From Lama glama (lineage: Eukaryota), in contig CM052818.1 in assembly GCA_028534125.1 (NCBI GenBank), positions 42,224,001-42,288,000 on the forward strand: a stretch of 64,000 nt of DNA, written 5' to 3'. Of this stretch, positions 62,755 through 64,000 are shown one piece after another. How positions within the stretch are numbered: position 1 is the first letter of the stretch; each line of letters begins with the position of its first letter. The notes beneath the pieces were generated by a model. The model was not told the origin of the DNA, did no database searches, and saw only the letters and a list, made by a program, of their open reading frames with translations. Both the position numbers and the translations under genes were made by a program.

Positions 62755-64000
62755 GGTTATTTATTTATTTATTTAAAAAACTTTATTTTTTGTGTGTACA
62801 ACAGTATTTTGGCTTCTGTGTAACTACACCGAGGGCTTTGTTTCTGTCAGTCACCATACAGCTTGACCCCTTAACCCATTTCATTTTCCTGCCACCCGGT
62901 TTCCCCTCTGGTAGCCCCTGCTCTGTTCTCTGTATCTATGTGTTTGGTTTCGTTTGCTTTGTTTATTTATTTGTTTGTTTATTTATTTATGTAATACTAA
63001 GATTTGGGTGAAATCACATGGTATTTGTCTTTGTCTGACTTACCTCACTAAGCATAATACCCTCAGGGTCTATCCATGTTGTTGCAAATGCCAAGATTTT
63101 TTTTTTTTATAGCTAAGTCAGTGTTCCATTGTGTATATGTATGTATACACACACACACATACATTTTCTTTATCCATTCATTCACCGATGGGCACTTAGG
63201 TTGTTTCCCTGTCTTGGCTATTGTAATCATGTATCTTTTCAAATTAGTATTTTTATATTCTTTGGATAAATACCCATAAGTCAAACAGCTGGATGATATG
63301 GTAGTTCTGTTTTTAATTTTTTGAGAAATTTCCCACTTTCATGGTAGCTGCAGCAATTTACATTCCCACTAATTGTGTATGAGGGTTTCCTTTCCTTATC
63401 TCCACATCCTCACCAACATTTGTTATTTCTTGCCTTTTTGAAGGTACCCACTATAATGAGAATGAGGTGGTAGCTCACTGTGGTTTTGGTTTGCATTTCC
63501 CTAATTATTAGTGATGTTGAACATCATTTCATGTGCCTGTTGGCCTTCTGATATCTTTGGGAAAAATGTCTGTTCAGCTCCTCTGCCTGTTTTTTAATCA
63601 GGTTTGTTTGTTTTGTTTTGTTTAGTTGTATGAGTTCTTTATATATTTTGGATATTACCCTCTTATGAGATATATGATTCGCAAGTATCTTCTCTAATAT
63701 GGTAGCTTGTTTTTTGATTTGCTGGTGGCTTCTTTTGCTGTGCGGAAACTTTTTAGTTTGTTACAGTCCCGTTTGTTATTTTTGCTTCCGTTGCCCTTTT
63801 CTCCTGGAGGAGACAGATCCAGAAACATGTTGCTAAGACTGATGTCGAAGAGCATACTGCCTGTGTTTTCTTCTGGGGGGTCTTACGGTTTCAGGTCTTA
63901 CATCCAAGTCTTTAATCCACTTGAGTTGATTCTGAGTGTGATGTGAGATAGTGGCCTAGTTCTGTGCTTGTGCATGTAGCTGTCCAGTTTATTGAAAAGA
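62755..64000 (-). mobile_element. L1 3' UTR and ORF2 end, antisense, running off the window edge
   Basis: (TTTA)n tail, agcataataccctcagggtctatccatgttgttgcaaatg, gtttgcatttccctaattattagtgatgttgaacat; ORF remnant 63063..63284 (GKQPKCPSVNEWIKKM). Confidence 0.92.

Noticed and set aside
5..63946. Most of the short ORFs in the six-frame track
   Set aside because: They are 60-155 aa, low-complexity or repeat-derived, lack splice support, and are the size expected by chance; only those overlapping NBAS exons or L1 ORF2 are meaningful.
1..64000. A novel multi-gene, CRISPR or defence-type system
   Set aside because: The window is intron-exon DNA of one mammalian gene; there are no operons, repeat-spacer arrays or unexplained long ORFs.

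Overview
Mammalian (non-microbial) genomic DNA lying entirely inside the NBAS gene on the + strand. NBAS (neuroblastoma-amplified sequence) is the NRZ tethering-complex subunit and ER-NMD factor. Thirteen internal coding exons, all flanked by AG/GT, splice into one uninterrupted 1692-nt, 564-codon frame. From my recollection of human NBAS this matches about exons 11-23 (about aa 296-859: end of the beta-propeller, acidic linker, start of the Sec39 domain). Neither the start nor the stop of the gene is in the window. Three tRNA-derived SINEs resembling camelid Vic-1, plus the absence of Alu, B1, Bov-tA, PRE1 and Can-SINE, point to a camelid genome. The introns hold ordinary repeats (L1, L2, MIR, MER34- and LTR41-like solo LTRs, Tigger2/MER82/MER3/MER5/MER20-type DNA transposons), and there is one 500-N gap. 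I see no new multi-gene system. The best leads are small-scale: CpG/GC-rich patches with apparently accelerated exons (possible GC-biased gene conversion), an LTR carrying two convergent CTCF-like motifs, atypical L1 insertions (twin-primed, doubly truncated, microhomology-deleted), and several candidate alternative or unproductive splice and polyadenylation signals. Repeat family names and human comparisons come from memory, not from searches, and repeat boundaries are approximate unless a TSD or TIR is given.
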